Assembly (NCBI GenBank): GCA_039815375.1
Contig: JBCBZJ010000008.1
Location: forward strand, 32,001-96,000
Source: Verrucomicrobiota bacterium
Lineage (GTDB): Bacteria > Verrucomicrobiota > Verrucomicrobiia > Opitutales > Coraliomargaritaceae
Length of the DNA: 64,000 nt
Reading direction: 5' to 3'
The notes under the pieces are model-generated. The model was not told the origin of the DNA and did no database searches. It saw only the letters and a program-made list of their open reading frames with translations. Position 1 is the first letter of the stretch, and each line of letters opens with the position of its first letter. Of this stretch, positions 23,524 through 35,238 are shown one piece after another. Made by a program: the position numbers and the translations under genes.

Positions 23524-24369
23524 GTGAACAAGCTTCTGCCAACAGCCTTCTTATCGATTTTAAGCACCTCTGCACTGCAAGCAGCCGATGGTGGTGTCAG
23601 TCCGTCTCCCTATAAGTTGACCGAGCTCTTCGGGTTGCCTCTAACCAACTCGATTGTAACGACTTGGGTGATTTCTCTTTTTCTTATTGTCGGCGTGCGT
23701 CTTTGGATCGGTAAGCCGCAATTGATTCCAAACAAGGGGCAGGCGGTGATCGAAAGCCTGATTGATGGCCTGCGTGGCCTGCTTGAGCCGATTGTTGGTA
23801 AGAAAGCATTCCCACTCACTTTCCCGCTCCTGATCGGATTGTTCCTATATATAATGGTGCATAACTGGAGCGGACTTTTCCCAGGTGTTGGCGTTTTCGG
23901 ATTCTACGACGACTACGGTAATTTGAAATACTGGATGCGTCCGGCTAATGCCGACCTGAACTCCACTCTTGGCATGGCGCTTATCGCGATGGGAGCTTGG
24001 CTCTTCATTAGTCTCAAAGTTGCCGGGCCAAAGTTCTTCATCTGGGAGCTCTTTGGCAACAAGGCAGACAAGAAGGAAACGCCGAAGCCCATCTACCTGA
24101 TGCTGATTCCCATCTTCCTGGGCGTTGGATTGATCGAAGTCGTTTCTATCGCTTTCCGACCGGTGTCCCTCTCTTTCCGCCTCTACGGTAACGTCTTCGG
24201 CGGAGAAAATCTACTCGCCAGTATGACTGGTATCGCGCCTTACGTCATCCCAGCGATCTTCTACTTCTATGAAGTGCTCGTTGGCGTGGTTCAGGCACTT
24301 ATTTTTACACTACTCGTGGCCATCTATGTTGGCCTCATGACCAACCACGACGAAGACCACGCCCACTAG
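23524..24369 (+). CDS. atpB: F0F1 ATP synthase subunit a
   Basis: [32 protein letters not shown]; probable GTG start. Confidence 0.95.
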   Translation: MNKLLPTAFLSILSTSALQAADGGVSPSPYKLTELFGLPLTNSIVTTWVISLFLIVGVRLWIGKPQLIPNKGQAVIESLIDGLRGLLEPIVGKKAFPLTFPLLIGLFLYIMVHNWSGLFPGVGVFGFYDDYGNLKYWMRPANADLNSTLGMALIAMGAWLFISLKVAGPKFFIWELFGNKADKKETPKPIYLMLIPIFLGVGLIEVVSIAFRPVSLSFRLYGNVFGGENLLASMTGIAPYVIPAIFYFYEVLVGVVQALIFTLLVAIYVGLMTNHDEDHAH

Positions 24370-24452
24370 ACTTTCCGTGTCCGGGACCATGTAGCAAACC
24401 GTGGACGGCGCAGAAACTAACTAAATACAAAAAAACTCAATACATATATATC

Positions 24453-24665
24453 ATGTTCGGAATCCTTGCACAAATCACTGGCGAACTAAATCTTCACGTA
24501 GCCGCAGCTGCTCTCGCCGTTCCTGTTGGCATCGGTCTTATCGGTTTCAAGGCTTGTGAATCTGTTGGTCGCAATCCAGAAGCATCGACTAAGGTCCTTG
24601 TCCAATCCATCATCGCGATGGCTTTCGCCGAAGCGATTATCTTCTTTGCCATTTTCCTTGGCTAA
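24453..24665 (+). CDS. atpE: F0F1 ATP synthase subunit c (H+-type motif)
   Basis: GIGLIG...GRNPE...FAEAI. Confidence 0.95.
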   Translation: MFGILAQITGELNLHVAAAALAVPVGIGLIGFKACESVGRNPEASTKVLVQSIIAMAFAEAIIFFAIFLG

Positions 24666-24735
24666 GAAGTCTTAGAATTTGCCGACGCCTGGAATAGGGC
24701 GTCGGCCTTTTCGAATTCCAAACATTCTTTTCTTC

Positions 24736-25347
24736 ATGAAGGCCTTCAACACCGCACTCATCTTTGCTATCCTTCTACCGCTCGGCCTTTTTGCCGCAGC
24801 TCCAGAGGTGTCTGAAGCTGCAGCCGACGTCGGCAAGCTTGAGGCAATCACCGGCAAGTTCGGTGTGACATGGCCCACTCTGATCGCACAAATGATCAAC
24901 TTCGGTCTTGTTGCGGTTGTTCTTTATTTCTTCGCCGTCAAGCCCGTCGCCAAGACACTTGACGAGCGCCAGCAAAAGATCGCCGATGGTCTGCAGTATG
25001 CTGAAGAAATGAAGACCCAGCTGGCTGAAGCCGAGCGCGAGCGTGCCGAAAAGATCAAGGAAGCTGCGCAGGAAGCGCAGCGTATCCTGAGTGAGGCCCG
25101 CGAGCAGTCTAAGGAAATGATCGAGCAGAAGACTCAGGAAGCCGCGGCCCAAGCCGAGGCGATCATCCGTAAGGCCAGCGAAGCGACCGAGCTTGAGCGC
25201 CAGAAGATGCTTTCCGATGTTCGCCAGGAAGTGGCCCGCCTGGTTGTGGCGACGACTTCGACGGTTCTTTCCAAGGAACTTTCCGATGCGGACAAACAAA
25301 GCTTCTCCGACGCAGCGGCCAAAGAGCTGGCTGGTTCTGCAAACTAA
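24736..25347 (+). CDS. atpF: F0F1 ATP synthase subunit b
   Basis: [22 protein letters not shown], coiled coil. Confidence 0.94.
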   Translation: MKAFNTALIFAILLPLGLFAAAPEVSEAAADVGKLEAITGKFGVTWPTLIAQMINFGLVAVVLYFFAVKPVAKTLDERQQKIADGLQYAEEMKTQLAEAERERAEKIKEAAQEAQRILSEAREQSKEMIEQKTQEAAAQAEAIIRKASEATELERQKMLSDVRQEVARLVVATTSTVLSKELSDADKQSFSDAAAKELAGSAN

Positions 25348-25368
25348 TTTCCTGCCGATTCGAAACTC

Positions 25369-25764
25369 ATGACCCGCGACAAGAAAGTCCTTAGCTTTGC
25401 CAAGAAGCTGGTTGAGATGTCCCGCGATGACGGGGTCGTGACTGAAACCAAGGTTTCCGAAGTGCTTGCAGCGATAAAGCAAGTGAAGCCGCGTCGTGAG
25501 TTACTTGTGCTCAAGACCTACCTTCACTATATCCGCAAGGCCGTCGCAGAGCAGACTGCAGTTGTCGCTACCCCAAGTGCTCTTAGCACTGACGCACTCG
25601 CTTCAATCGAGTCCAATTTCTCTTCTGTCTATGGCCGCCCGATCACTGCGGTCACCACGACCGACAACTCTCTTATCGCCGGCGTTCGCGTTCGTGTTGG
25701 CGATGATGTTTACGATGCATCCGTCGCAGGCCGCCTCAAACGCCTCGCCGAGAACGTTCACTGA
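25369..25764 (+). CDS. atpH: F0F1 ATP synthase subunit delta (short form)
   Basis: SLIAGVRVRVGDDVYDASV; position in operon. Confidence 0.92.
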   Translation: MTRDKKVLSFAKKLVEMSRDDGVVTETKVSEVLAAIKQVKPRRELLVLKTYLHYIRKAVAEQTAVVATPSALSTDALASIESNFSSVYGRPITAVTTTDNSLIAGVRVRVGDDVYDASVAGRLKRLAENVH

Positions 25765-25797
25765 TCAATTTCAATTTACTTAGTCTATTCTTAAGCA

Positions 25798-27342
25798 ATG
25801 AGCACCATAGTCGAACAGATCGAAAAGGAAATCGCCTCCTTTGAAGCAGGCGCCGTCAAGTCCAACACCGGCAAGATTGTCACCATCGCGGATGGTGTCG
25901 CTAAACTCGAAGGCCTCTCCGGCGTCATGTATAATGAAATGATCGATTTCGGCAGCGGCGTCTACGGTCTTGCGCTCAACCTCGAAGAAGACGAGGTCGG
26001 CTGCGTTATTCTTGGGGACTACTCCAAGCTCAAGGAAGGCGACGAAGCCAGCACCACCGGCAAACTTCTCTCCGTTCCTGTAGGTATGGGTCTGCTCGGC
26101 CGCGTGGTTGATGCCATCGGCCAGCCTGTTGATGGCAAGGGTCCAATCGATTCCAGCGAAACTTATCCGGTCGACCAAATCGCCCCCGGCATCATCCCGC
26201 GTAAGTCTGTCGATCAGCCGCTTCAAACCGGTATCATGGCGATTGATTCAATGATTCCAATCGGCCGTGGCCAGCGTGAGCTTATCATCGGTGACCGTGC
26301 GACGGGTAAGACTACCATCGCGATCGACACCATCATCAACCAGGCCAACATCAATAACCAGCACCGCAACGAAGACGGTAGTTTCGAAGAAGGCTTCCGT
26401 CCGGTTTACTCCATCTACGTCGCGGTTGGACAAAAGAATTCCAATATCGCGCGCACCATCAACGTGCTCGAGAAGGCTGGTGCAATGGAATACACCATCA
26501 TTGTCACTGCTCCGGCTGCGGACAACCCGGCCAACCAATACATTGCCCCATTCTCCGGTGCATCCATGGGTGAGTTCTTCATGAACAACGGCATGGACGC
26601 GCTTATCGTCTATGATGATCTTTCCAAGCAAGCGGTTGCTTATCGTCAAATCTCGCTTGTCCTGAAGCGCCCATCCGGTCGTGAGGCGTATCCGGGTGAC
26701 GTTTTCTACCTGCACAGTCGCCTTCTTGAGCGTTCTGCTCGTGTCAATGAAGACAACGGTAACGGTTCGCTGACAGCGCTTCCGATCATCGAGACTCAAG
26801 CCGGCGACGTGTCCGCTTACATTCCGACCAACGTGATTTCCATTACCGACGGTCAGGTCTTCCTCGAAACCGACCTTTTCAACCAAGGTATTCGCCCCGC
26901 GGTTTCCGTTGGGCTTTCCGTTTCCCGTGTGGGGTCTGCTGCGCAGATCAAGGCGATTAAGAAAGTTGCCGGTAAGGTGAAGCTTCAGCTTGCTCAATAT
27001 CGTGAGCTTGCCGCTTTCGCACAGTTCGGTTCCGACCTCGACGCCAAGACCAAGTCCCAACTCGATCGTGGTGCCCGCGTCGTTGAGCTCTTTAAGCAGA
27101 CTGCTTTTAATCCGATCCCTGTTGAAGTTCAATCCTCTCTCATCTGGGCGGTTCAGAACGGTTACTTCGACTCCGTTGACGTGAAGCAAATTGTTGAAGC
27201 AACCACCAGCCTTCGTGAGTTCTTCGAAACCCGTGGCGCGAAAATCATGGATACGGTCCGTGCAGAAAAGGCATTCAGCGAAGAAACTGAATCAAGCCTG
27301 AAGAGCTCCGTCGAAGAGTGGCAGGCCGGCTTCAGTGCCTAA
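25798..27342 (+). CDS. atpA: F0F1 ATP synthase subunit alpha
   Basis: [27 protein letters not shown]. Confidence 0.98.
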   Translation: MSTIVEQIEKEIASFEAGAVKSNTGKIVTIADGVAKLEGLSGVMYNEMIDFGSGVYGLALNLEEDEVGCVILGDYSKLKEGDEASTTGKLLSVPVGMGLLGRVVDAIGQPVDGKGPIDSSETYPVDQIAPGIIPRKSVDQPLQTGIMAIDSMIPIGRGQRELIIGDRATGKTTIAIDTIINQANINNQHRNEDGSFEEGFRPVYSIYVAVGQKNSNIARTINVLEKAGAMEYTIIVTAPAADNPANQYIAPFSGASMGEFFMNNGMDALIVYDDLSKQAVAYRQISLVLKRPSGREAYPGDVFYLHSRLLERSARVNEDNGNGSLTALPIIETQAGDVSAYIPTNVISITDGQVFLETDLFNQGIRPAVSVGLSVSRVGSAAQIKAIKKVAGKVKLQLAQYRELAAFAQFGSDLDAKTKSQLDRGARVVELFKQTAFNPIPVEVQSSLIWAVQNGYFDSVDVKQIVEATTSLREFFETRGAKIMDTVRAEKAFSEETESSLKSSVEEWQAGFSA

Positions 27343-27392
27343 GCACCAGAGTAGTTTCCAACTTCCAACTTCTTTTTTCTAACTTCTAGCAA

Positions 27393-28292
<900 letters not shown>

Positions 28293-28307
28293 GCCCCCTT
28301 TATCTAA

Positions 28308-29756
<1,449 letters not shown>

Positions 29757-29792
29757 ACCTTCCGACCTTCATACCCTTAACCTTCCCACCTG

Positions 29793-30206
29793 ATGTCGCT
29801 CACACTCGAAATCATTACACCTGACGAAAAGGTCTTCTCTGCGGAGGCCGATCAGGTCGTATTGCCCACTGAGTCCGGCGAAACCGGTATCCTTACCGGC
29901 CACGTTCCTTTGGTCACCAAGGTCAAAGCCGGTGAGCTCAAGGTCATCAAGGGTTCCGACACCGAATTCATCGCAGTCGACCACGGCTTCGCCAAGGTGC
30001 TCGGCAACACCGTTTCCGTGCTTACCGAAGCAGCTATTGATGTGAAGGATATCGACCTATCCGAACTCGACTCCGCACAGTCCCGTGCCGAATCCGCGCT
30101 CAAGGAAGCCGAAGCCGAAGGTATCGACCCCTTCGAACTCGAGCGCCTCGAAAAGAACGTCCAGTTCCTTCTCGCGCAAAAGATGGCCAAGGGCCGTCGT
30201 CGGTAA
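29793..30206 (+). CDS. atpC: F0F1 ATP synthase subunit epsilon
   Basis: LEIITPD, GETGILTGHVP. Confidence 0.96.
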   Translation: MSLTLEIITPDEKVFSAEADQVVLPTESGETGILTGHVPLVTKVKAGELKVIKGSDTEFIAVDHGFAKVLGNTVSVLTEAAIDVKDIDLSELDSAQSRAESALKEAEAEGIDPFELERLEKNVQFLLAQKMAKGRRR

Positions 30207-30226
30207 AACAGGCAGCAACTATTTTC

Positions 30227-30259
30227 AAAACGCGGTTTCGAAAGACACCGCGTTTTTTT
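30227..30259. terminator. Intrinsic bidirectional terminator after the atp operon
   Basis: AAAACGCGGT-loop-ACCGCGTTTTTTT. Confidence 0.85.
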
Positions 30260-30263
30260 GTGG

Positions 30264-30340
30264 GGTAGGGACGCCTGCCCTCAGGCGTCCGGTTTCGTCA
30301 AACAAGAATCGGCGGACGTGTGAGGGCACACGTCCCTACC
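30264..30340. repeat. GTAG-family REP doublet
   Basis: GGTAGGGACGCCTGCCCTCAGGCGTCCG ... CGGACGTGTGAGGGCACACGTCCCTACC; inverted arms, each with an internal hairpin. Confidence 0.85.
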
Positions 30341-30749
30341 TTTCTATCAGCTTCAGGGCCTCCCGCGCATTCACGATTCGAACGCCCCCAACTTCTTTCA
30401 ATTTCAGCAAGTCGTTCTTATCACCCGTCACCAGCAAGTCTGCACCACCTTCGACCGCAGTTGCCAGTATCCAGTTATCATCCGGATCGGATGATTCGGT
30501 CCTCGGCTTAGCGATACCTATAATCTCCGCCATCGCATCGATATTCTCAAGCAGCAGACTCGCTTCCATCGGCTTGATGTAAGGCTTGAGCTTTTCATAG
30601 CCCAACACGCGCCGCAACTCATCGATCTGCCAGCTTGAAGTGACCAATTCAAACTGTCCGGCCTCCCATGCGAGGTAGAGCTGGTCGGGTGGAGTGTCTT
30701 TGGTCAGCAAGGCACTGACCAAGACATTCGTATCAAGCACCAGCTTCAC
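30336..30749 (-). CDS. PIN-family putative TA toxin
   Basis: VLDTNVLVSAL, DPDDNWILATA, LVTGDK. Confidence 0.92.
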   Translation of the reverse strand: MKLVLDTNVLVSALLTKDTPPDQLYLAWEAGQFELVTSSWQIDELRRVLGYEKLKPYIKPMEASLLLENIDAMAEIIGIAKPRTESSDPDDNWILATAVEGGADLLVTGDKNDLLKLKEVGGVRIVNAREALKLIER

Positions 30750-30969
30750 GCGACCATTCGATGGCTTCGCTAATGGCAGCTTCGATCAACTCGGGTGGAG
30801 TGTCTGCATTCCGCTCCTTCACAGTGTCCACCGTTTCCCGGAAAAGCGCCTGCCGCACCGCCTGATCGACGAACTTGGACAAATCGCCCTTCTTCGCCCC
30901 CCGCATCGCGAGATGCGTGCGCACCATCCGGTTCGTCTTTTCAGGAATGACTAAAGTCCATCGGCTCAT
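30733..30969 (-). CDS. Ribbon-helix-helix antitoxin
   Basis: MSRWTLVI...RTHLA..G.KKGDLSKFVDQAV; overlaps the toxin start. Confidence 0.85.
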   Translation of the reverse strand: MSRWTLVIPEKTNRMVRTHLAMRGAKKGDLSKFVDQAVRQALFRETVDTVKERNADTPPELIEAAISEAIEWSREAGA

Positions 30970-31011
30970 ATACGCATAATCATATAAGCATACAAAAGAA
31001 GTCAAGCCTCC

Positions 31012-31062
31012 CGAAAAGAACGTCCAGTTCCTCCTCGCGCAAAAGCTCGCCAAGGGCCGTCG
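31012..31062 (+). repeat. Diverged direct copy of the atpC 3' end (30149-30199)
   Basis: 51 bp with 3 mismatches; reads EKNVQFLLAQKLAKGR. Confidence 0.92.
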
Positions 31063-31064
31063 CA

Positions 31065-31123
31065 GGTCGGGCTCGTTATCCTTAACGAGCCCGAGCGGAT
31101 TGATAAGGATATCAATCCCTACC
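31065..31123. repeat. Second REP-like doublet (different sequence class)
   Basis: GGTCGGGCTCGTTATCCTTAACGAGCCC and CGGATTGATAAGGATATCAATCCCTACC hairpins. Confidence 0.75.
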
Positions 31124-31139
31124 AGATAAACTCATTTTC

Positions 31140-31172
31140 AAAAACGCGGTTTCGAAGGACACCGCGTTTTTT
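31140..31172. terminator. Duplicate of the atp terminator; also placed to end the convergent methyltransferase transcript
   Basis: AAAAACGCGGTTTCGAAGGACACCGCGTTTTTT, nearly identical to 30227-30259. Confidence 0.85.
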
Positions 31173-31174
31173 GT

Positions 31175-31984
31175 TTAAGCGATGCAAGCGATTGATCGGA
31201 CCAACAGTTCAGTAGTTTTTCCGCGTCTGGCGGAATCTGAAGCTAAGACAGTTGCTCTAGAGAGTGAATCTTTTATCCAACAGGTATTACCGTATAAATT
31301 TCTTACGGCTGCGTGATCTGCGTTAGATATAACTATTTTTGCCCCAGATTCAGCAAGTTGAGTTAACATGTTTGCTAAGCGTTCTTGATCTTCCCAAGAG
31401 AAAATCCGCTCGTTGTATTTTACGAAAGCGTTGTTATTATGCTTAACTGTGTATGGGGGGTCGACATAGATCACGTCACCTTCTTTGTAATGGGATAGTG
31501 TGACCTCAAAGTCATCGTTGATGAAAGTCACTCCTTTTAATGCTGACGAAATTGCTGAAAAGTCATCATCCGGTAGCAGAACAGTATTTTTAGTTCCTTT
31601 GGGCACATTGAATTCTCCTCGGAGGTTTACTCGGTATAACCCATTAAAGCATGTTCGATTTAAATAAATCATTCGGGCCGCTTGTGAGTAAATGCCTCTT
31701 GGAGCATTAGATCTTACCTGATAATAATAGCTATCTGAGTGTTTCTCGGCATGCGCCTTAAGATGCTTTCTTACCAAAGTTGGATTATTCTTTAGCGCTA
31801 AGTAAGTGTTGATAAGCTCCTGGTTATAATCACCTAGAATACCTTTAGAGGGAAGCACGGTGAAAAAAACAGCCCCACTGCCAACAAAAGGCTCAATGAA
31901 CCGGCCACTAAACTCGGGAATGAGTTCGCGATGGTTCGACATTAACCAGCGCTTTCCCCCTGCCCATTTGAGAAATGGCTTCAC
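31175..31984 (-). CDS. Dam-family (D12 class) DNA adenine N6-methyltransferase
   Basis: KPFLKWAGGK, EPFVGSGAV, YLNRTCFNGLYRVN, YVDPPY. Confidence 0.95.
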   Translation of the reverse strand: MKPFLKWAGGKRWLMSNHRELIPEFSGRFIEPFVGSGAVFFTVLPSKGILGDYNQELINTYLALKNNPTLVRKHLKAHAEKHSDSYYYQVRSNAPRGIYSQAARMIYLNRTCFNGLYRVNLRGEFNVPKGTKNTVLLPDDDFSAISSALKGVTFINDDFEVTLSHYKEGDVIYVDPPYTVKHNNNAFVKYNERIFSWEDQERLANMLTQLAESGAKIVISNADHAAVRNLYGNTCWIKDSLSRATVLASDSARRGKTTELLVRSIACIA

Positions 31985-34308
31985 ACTATAGCTCCTTCAG
32001 CAGAATCCACACTTTCGAGATCTGATATGCGACCAACGAATTCCTCATAAATGAAGTCAATATACTCGAACTCGTTTAATTTATACTGACGCATCTCAGT
32101 GGCATGAGCAGGCTTTCTGCGAAGCTCATTAACTCGTTCCATCCATTTCAGATTTTTAGATAATCCCTTCTCTCCAGGTTCAGGAATATTGAAATATTCT
32201 TTAAATACAGGCCAGTTGGATTTACTCTCAACGACTTTTTTGTATTCAATAAAGTCTAGATAATTATCCAGAGACAAGCGCACTTCAGGGTCGTCCTCTA
32301 ATGACTTTTCATAGGCACGTGTCTTGATCCTCTTATCAGAGATACCGTTGTCCCAGTAAGACTTCAGTCCGTGTATACTAATCAACGTCTCGAAGATAGT
32401 TTTGTGAACTAGTATATTCAACTGCTTAAGCTTATGATCGGCATCAGCGGTTCTTTCCTCTGATTGCTCTTGCTGCCAATCTTCGTATCCTTCGGGAGTA
32501 AAATCATTATGGGTCTGCTGAACAAGAGAACATAATCGGTAATAGTATTCTCGTGGTCCACCGGCTCCAAATTGCACCTTAAATTTTGCTTCTACTTGTA
32601 TATCGGTCGTATTCGCGAACCATTCAGTCACTGGCTCGAGATATTCTTCTATCTCGGATAATAGATCGGACTCAGAACATTCTCGTGCATTAATTGCCTT
32701 CTCTGATTCCATATATCCAATTATTGAGCCTAGTAGCATTATATGGGCTTGAATCGCTACGTTTGTGCAATACTGGCCGGATTTTCCGATTCGCCATTGG
32801 TGTGGGTTCGCACTTTCTAAAATTGAAAAATATGAGTTTAGGACTGTATGCGCTCGCTGCAGAGTTTCCTGATCGGTAAGGCCAGATAATGGCCCAGGCT
32901 CATATTCTTTTCTCCGGAATATCGAGCCCACAAGTCTTGAGCGTCTTATGCCATCCTTGATCGCGGGAACAGTTAAGCATGTGGTTTCTGTCGGCGGTAT
33001 GCCTTGTTGGGTTACTCGATTGTAAAGCGGTTCGCCGACATCTGTATTCATGAGGCCAATAAGTCTAGCTGCAATAGCTCCGATTCTTTCCCCCGGATTT
33101 TCTGAGCCCCATTTTAACTCACCTTCGAGATCATCAAGTAAGGTCTTGGGGACTGGTTTCTGTTGCGAATTGATCTGAACAAACAAATTAGCCTCCTCTT
33201 CTTGTTTTAGTTTCTCAAAAGCGATGACAAATATGTTCTGATCTAAAAACTTATTATCAAGTGGAGCGTAACCGTAAAGGCGATGCTGGCCGTCAATTAT
33301 CCATGCGGATCGATACTTATTTGGCAGTATCAGTTTTCCAAATTTAACAGCGCTGCTTGGATCATCGCTTAGTTTCTCAAACTGACATTTATCAGTGAAG
33401 TTTAGGAGAATGTTGTTTGGAAAAAAACCTCCATCATGGATGAATTTTGATACTTGCCTCAGTCGTGTTCTCTTTACCAAGCGTTGATATGTTGGTGCTC
33501 CGTCTGGGTCATTTAGAGATCGATGGTTAACAAAAGCTATTTTTAGCATTTGCCGAGGAGTTGATACGAAAGAGTAGTATTTCTTACCGCCTAGCACTCC
33601 CTGAACTGCTGGAATCTTTATGCCATCCATCTCTGGGATCTTTTGGTTTTTGAGATATTCCGCTAAGAATTGGAAACGCGCAGCTGAACGTAGGTGCTCC
33701 GAGATCTCTAAGAAATACCTTAGCTCACGTTCAGTTAGAATATTTATATTCTGGCCCTTCGCGCGCTCTTTATCGGGAACGCTCCATACAATATTATGCG
33801 TGACAAAGAACCAAAGGATCTTGGGCTTAAAGTCGGTGCCGTAATGCTTCTTTATCGCATTGGCTATAGGTTTCTTGAGGTTAGAGAACTCGTCGATATC
33901 TTTCTGGAGGGATTTTCGAACGACTTTGTTTGCCGATTTACATTCCATAACCAGCACTGTCTCGTCGTCTTTTGCGAAGACATCTATTTGTTTCTCTAGC
34001 GGCTGTGCTCCCTTTCGTTCAATTCGTATTTTAAATTGCCTTCCACTTGAGATCTCCGGATAGCCCAACAAATATAATAGATACCAAGCCTTGTTTTCTA
34101 CAATTTCGTCGATCTTGCGTGGCCTTCTTAAACGTGTTTTAAGCTTAAGTTCTTCTTCAACCTCCCACCCCTCATTAACGTGCTCTTCTACAAGAGACTT
34201 TTTTACTGATACTACCTCGTTTGGCTTTCTGCGTTTGGCGGCTTCTCTCTTGATTGAAGCACTGTTTGTCAGTAACGGGCCTATGTAATCAGTTGTTATT
34301 CGAGGCAT
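31981..34308 (-). CDS. DGQHR (DndB-like) domain protein with N-terminal PD-(D/E)xK nuclease and C-terminal Swt1-like HEPN domain
   Basis: QIDVFAKDDETVLVMECKS; YQRL...FFPNNILLN...WIIDGQHRLYGY...LFVQINSQQKPV; LDF...NWPVF...VNELRRKPAH. Confidence 0.88.
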   Translation of the reverse strand: MPRITTDYIGPLLTNSASIKREAAKRRKPNEVVSVKKSLVEEHVNEGWEVEEELKLKTRLRRPRKIDEIVENKAWYLLYLLGYPEISSGRQFKIRIERKGAQPLEKQIDVFAKDDETVLVMECKSANKVVRKSLQKDIDEFSNLKKPIANAIKKHYGTDFKPKILWFFVTHNIVWSVPDKERAKGQNINILTERELRYFLEISEHLRSAARFQFLAEYLKNQKIPEMDGIKIPAVQGVLGGKKYYSFVSTPRQMLKIAFVNHRSLNDPDGAPTYQRLVKRTRLRQVSKFIHDGGFFPNNILLNFTDKCQFEKLSDDPSSAVKFGKLILPNKYRSAWIIDGQHRLYGYAPLDNKFLDQNIFVIAFEKLKQEEEANLFVQINSQQKPVPKTLLDDLEGELKWGSENPGERIGAIAARLIGLMNTDVGEPLYNRVTQQGIPPTETTCLTVPAIKDGIRRSRLVGSIFRRKEYEPGPLSGLTDQETLQRAHTVLNSYFSILESANPHQWRIGKSGQYCTNVAIQAHIMLLGSIIGYMESEKAINARECSESDLLSEIEEYLEPVTEWFANTTDIQVEAKFKVQFGAGGPREYYYRLCSLVQQTHNDFTPEGYEDWQQEQSEERTADADHKLKQLNILVHKTIFETLISIHGLKSYWDNGISDKRIKTRAYEKSLEDDPEVRLSLDNYLDFIEYKKVVESKSNWPVFKEYFNIPEPGEKGLSKNLKWMERVNELRRKPAHATEMRQYKLNEFEYIDFIYEEFVGRISDLESVDSAEGAIV

Positions 34309-34339
34309 GTATGTAGATTTTCTTTTTTGCGTTACATGT

Positions 34340-34381
34340 CAAGGTGCTGATCTCGCTCGCCAAGGTGCTGATCTCGCTCGC
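34340..34381. repeat. Perfect 2 x 21-bp tandem repeat containing GATC
   Basis: CAAGGTGCTGATCTCGCTCGC twice. Confidence 0.9.
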
Positions 34382-34560
34382 GACGAATGTCTAAATCAAC
34401 CTATGATGCGACTTCCGTATTCAGTAAGAATTCAACAGGCGCGTGCTTGGATGCTCCTTAAGAGTGTGAGCTTTAGATATTGGAGTTATTCTCTCGAATG
34501 CTCATATTGTGCCTCCGTCGGAAAAGCTCAACGGAGCACCTTTGCGAACCTGAGGTTGCA

Positions 34561-34953
34561 TCATACAAGCACTTCGAATTCGGTGAATCTCTTTAAGGCC
34601 TTATCGAAAGTCTGTGTTTTTGAAACGCCTTCATGCTTCGCGCGAAGTGCGACGATATGCTCGGGCAAATCACCTTTTTTACGGCTGCGCCGAATGGCTT
34701 CGGTCAGGAGACTGCCATGCTCAATTTTGAATCGGGTATCCGCAGTCACGCTCTCCAGAACAGATAGAATTTCGGATTTAGTGAGTTCATAGGCGGACAA
34801 GACCCATGCGGTCTCGATAGCAATGACGAGGGATATCCAGATGGGCTCGCCTCGACGATGCGCCTTGTTTAGCTCGGCGCGGGCGATAGCGAGTTGAGCT
34901 GGATCATCTTCGGTCAAATGCCGAATGAGGACATTCGTGTCCCACGCCTTCAT
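34561..34953 (-). CDS. VapC/PIN toxin
   Basis: WDTNVLIRHLTEDD, IETAWVL, TFDK. Confidence 0.9.
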   Translation of the reverse strand: MKAWDTNVLIRHLTEDDPAQLAIARAELNKAHRRGEPIWISLVIAIETAWVLSAYELTKSEILSVLESVTADTRFKIEHGSLLTEAIRRSRKKGDLPEHIVALRAKHEGVSKTQTFDKALKRFTEFEVLV

Positions 34954-35207
34954 GAGTTCTTGAAGGACTTCACTGCTCCGGCTTTCGCCGCCGCTTTCAT
35001 TTCTTCAATAGAGAGCCGCTTCTTGCGCTTCATGAATTTGGCGGCGGCACCGTCGCTGACCATAGGAGTTGACTGCTTCTGAAGAACGATTTTCCCAGCC
35101 TGGTTCGATTCGAATTTCACCTGATCTCCTTTATGCAGATTCAATTGCGTTCGAATTTGCTTGGGGATCGTGATCTGGTGTTTGCTTGTAATCGTTGCAG
35201 TAGCCAT
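34950..35207 (-). CDS. AbrB/MazE/SpoVT-family antitoxin
   Basis: ATITSKHQITIPKQIRTQLNLHKGDQVKF. Confidence 0.92.
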   Translation of the reverse strand: MATATITSKHQITIPKQIRTQLNLHKGDQVKFESNQAGKIVLQKQSTPMVSDGAAAKFMKRKKRLSIEEMKAAAKAGAVKSFKNS

Positions 35208-35208
35208 G

Positions 35209-35233
35209 CCTTACAATTTGGTAATATGTAAGG
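35209..35233. promoter_or_regulatory. Probable TA autoregulatory operator
   Basis: CCTTACA-N11-TGTAAGG inverted repeat between a minus-strand TTGACA (35237-35242) and the antitoxin ATG. Confidence 0.55.
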
Positions 35234-35238
35234 AAATG

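Noticed and set aside
24453..24665. Na+-translocating ATP synthase
   Set aside because: The c subunit lacks the Gln and ES/T sodium-binding signature.
26248..27189. 313-aa antisense ORF, and similar ones over atpD, atpF and prfA
   Set aside because: Shadow frames of strongly codon-biased genes, with no motifs of their own.
30970..31053. N-terminal extension of the RHH antitoxin in the ORF track
   Set aside because: It is the promoter region plus the antisense of the duplicated atpC tail; the likely start is ATG 30969.
31981..34308. Complete Dnd phosphorothioation or Dpd system
   Set aside because: No dndACDE, dpdA or ssp genes in the window; the partner gene is an adenine methylase.
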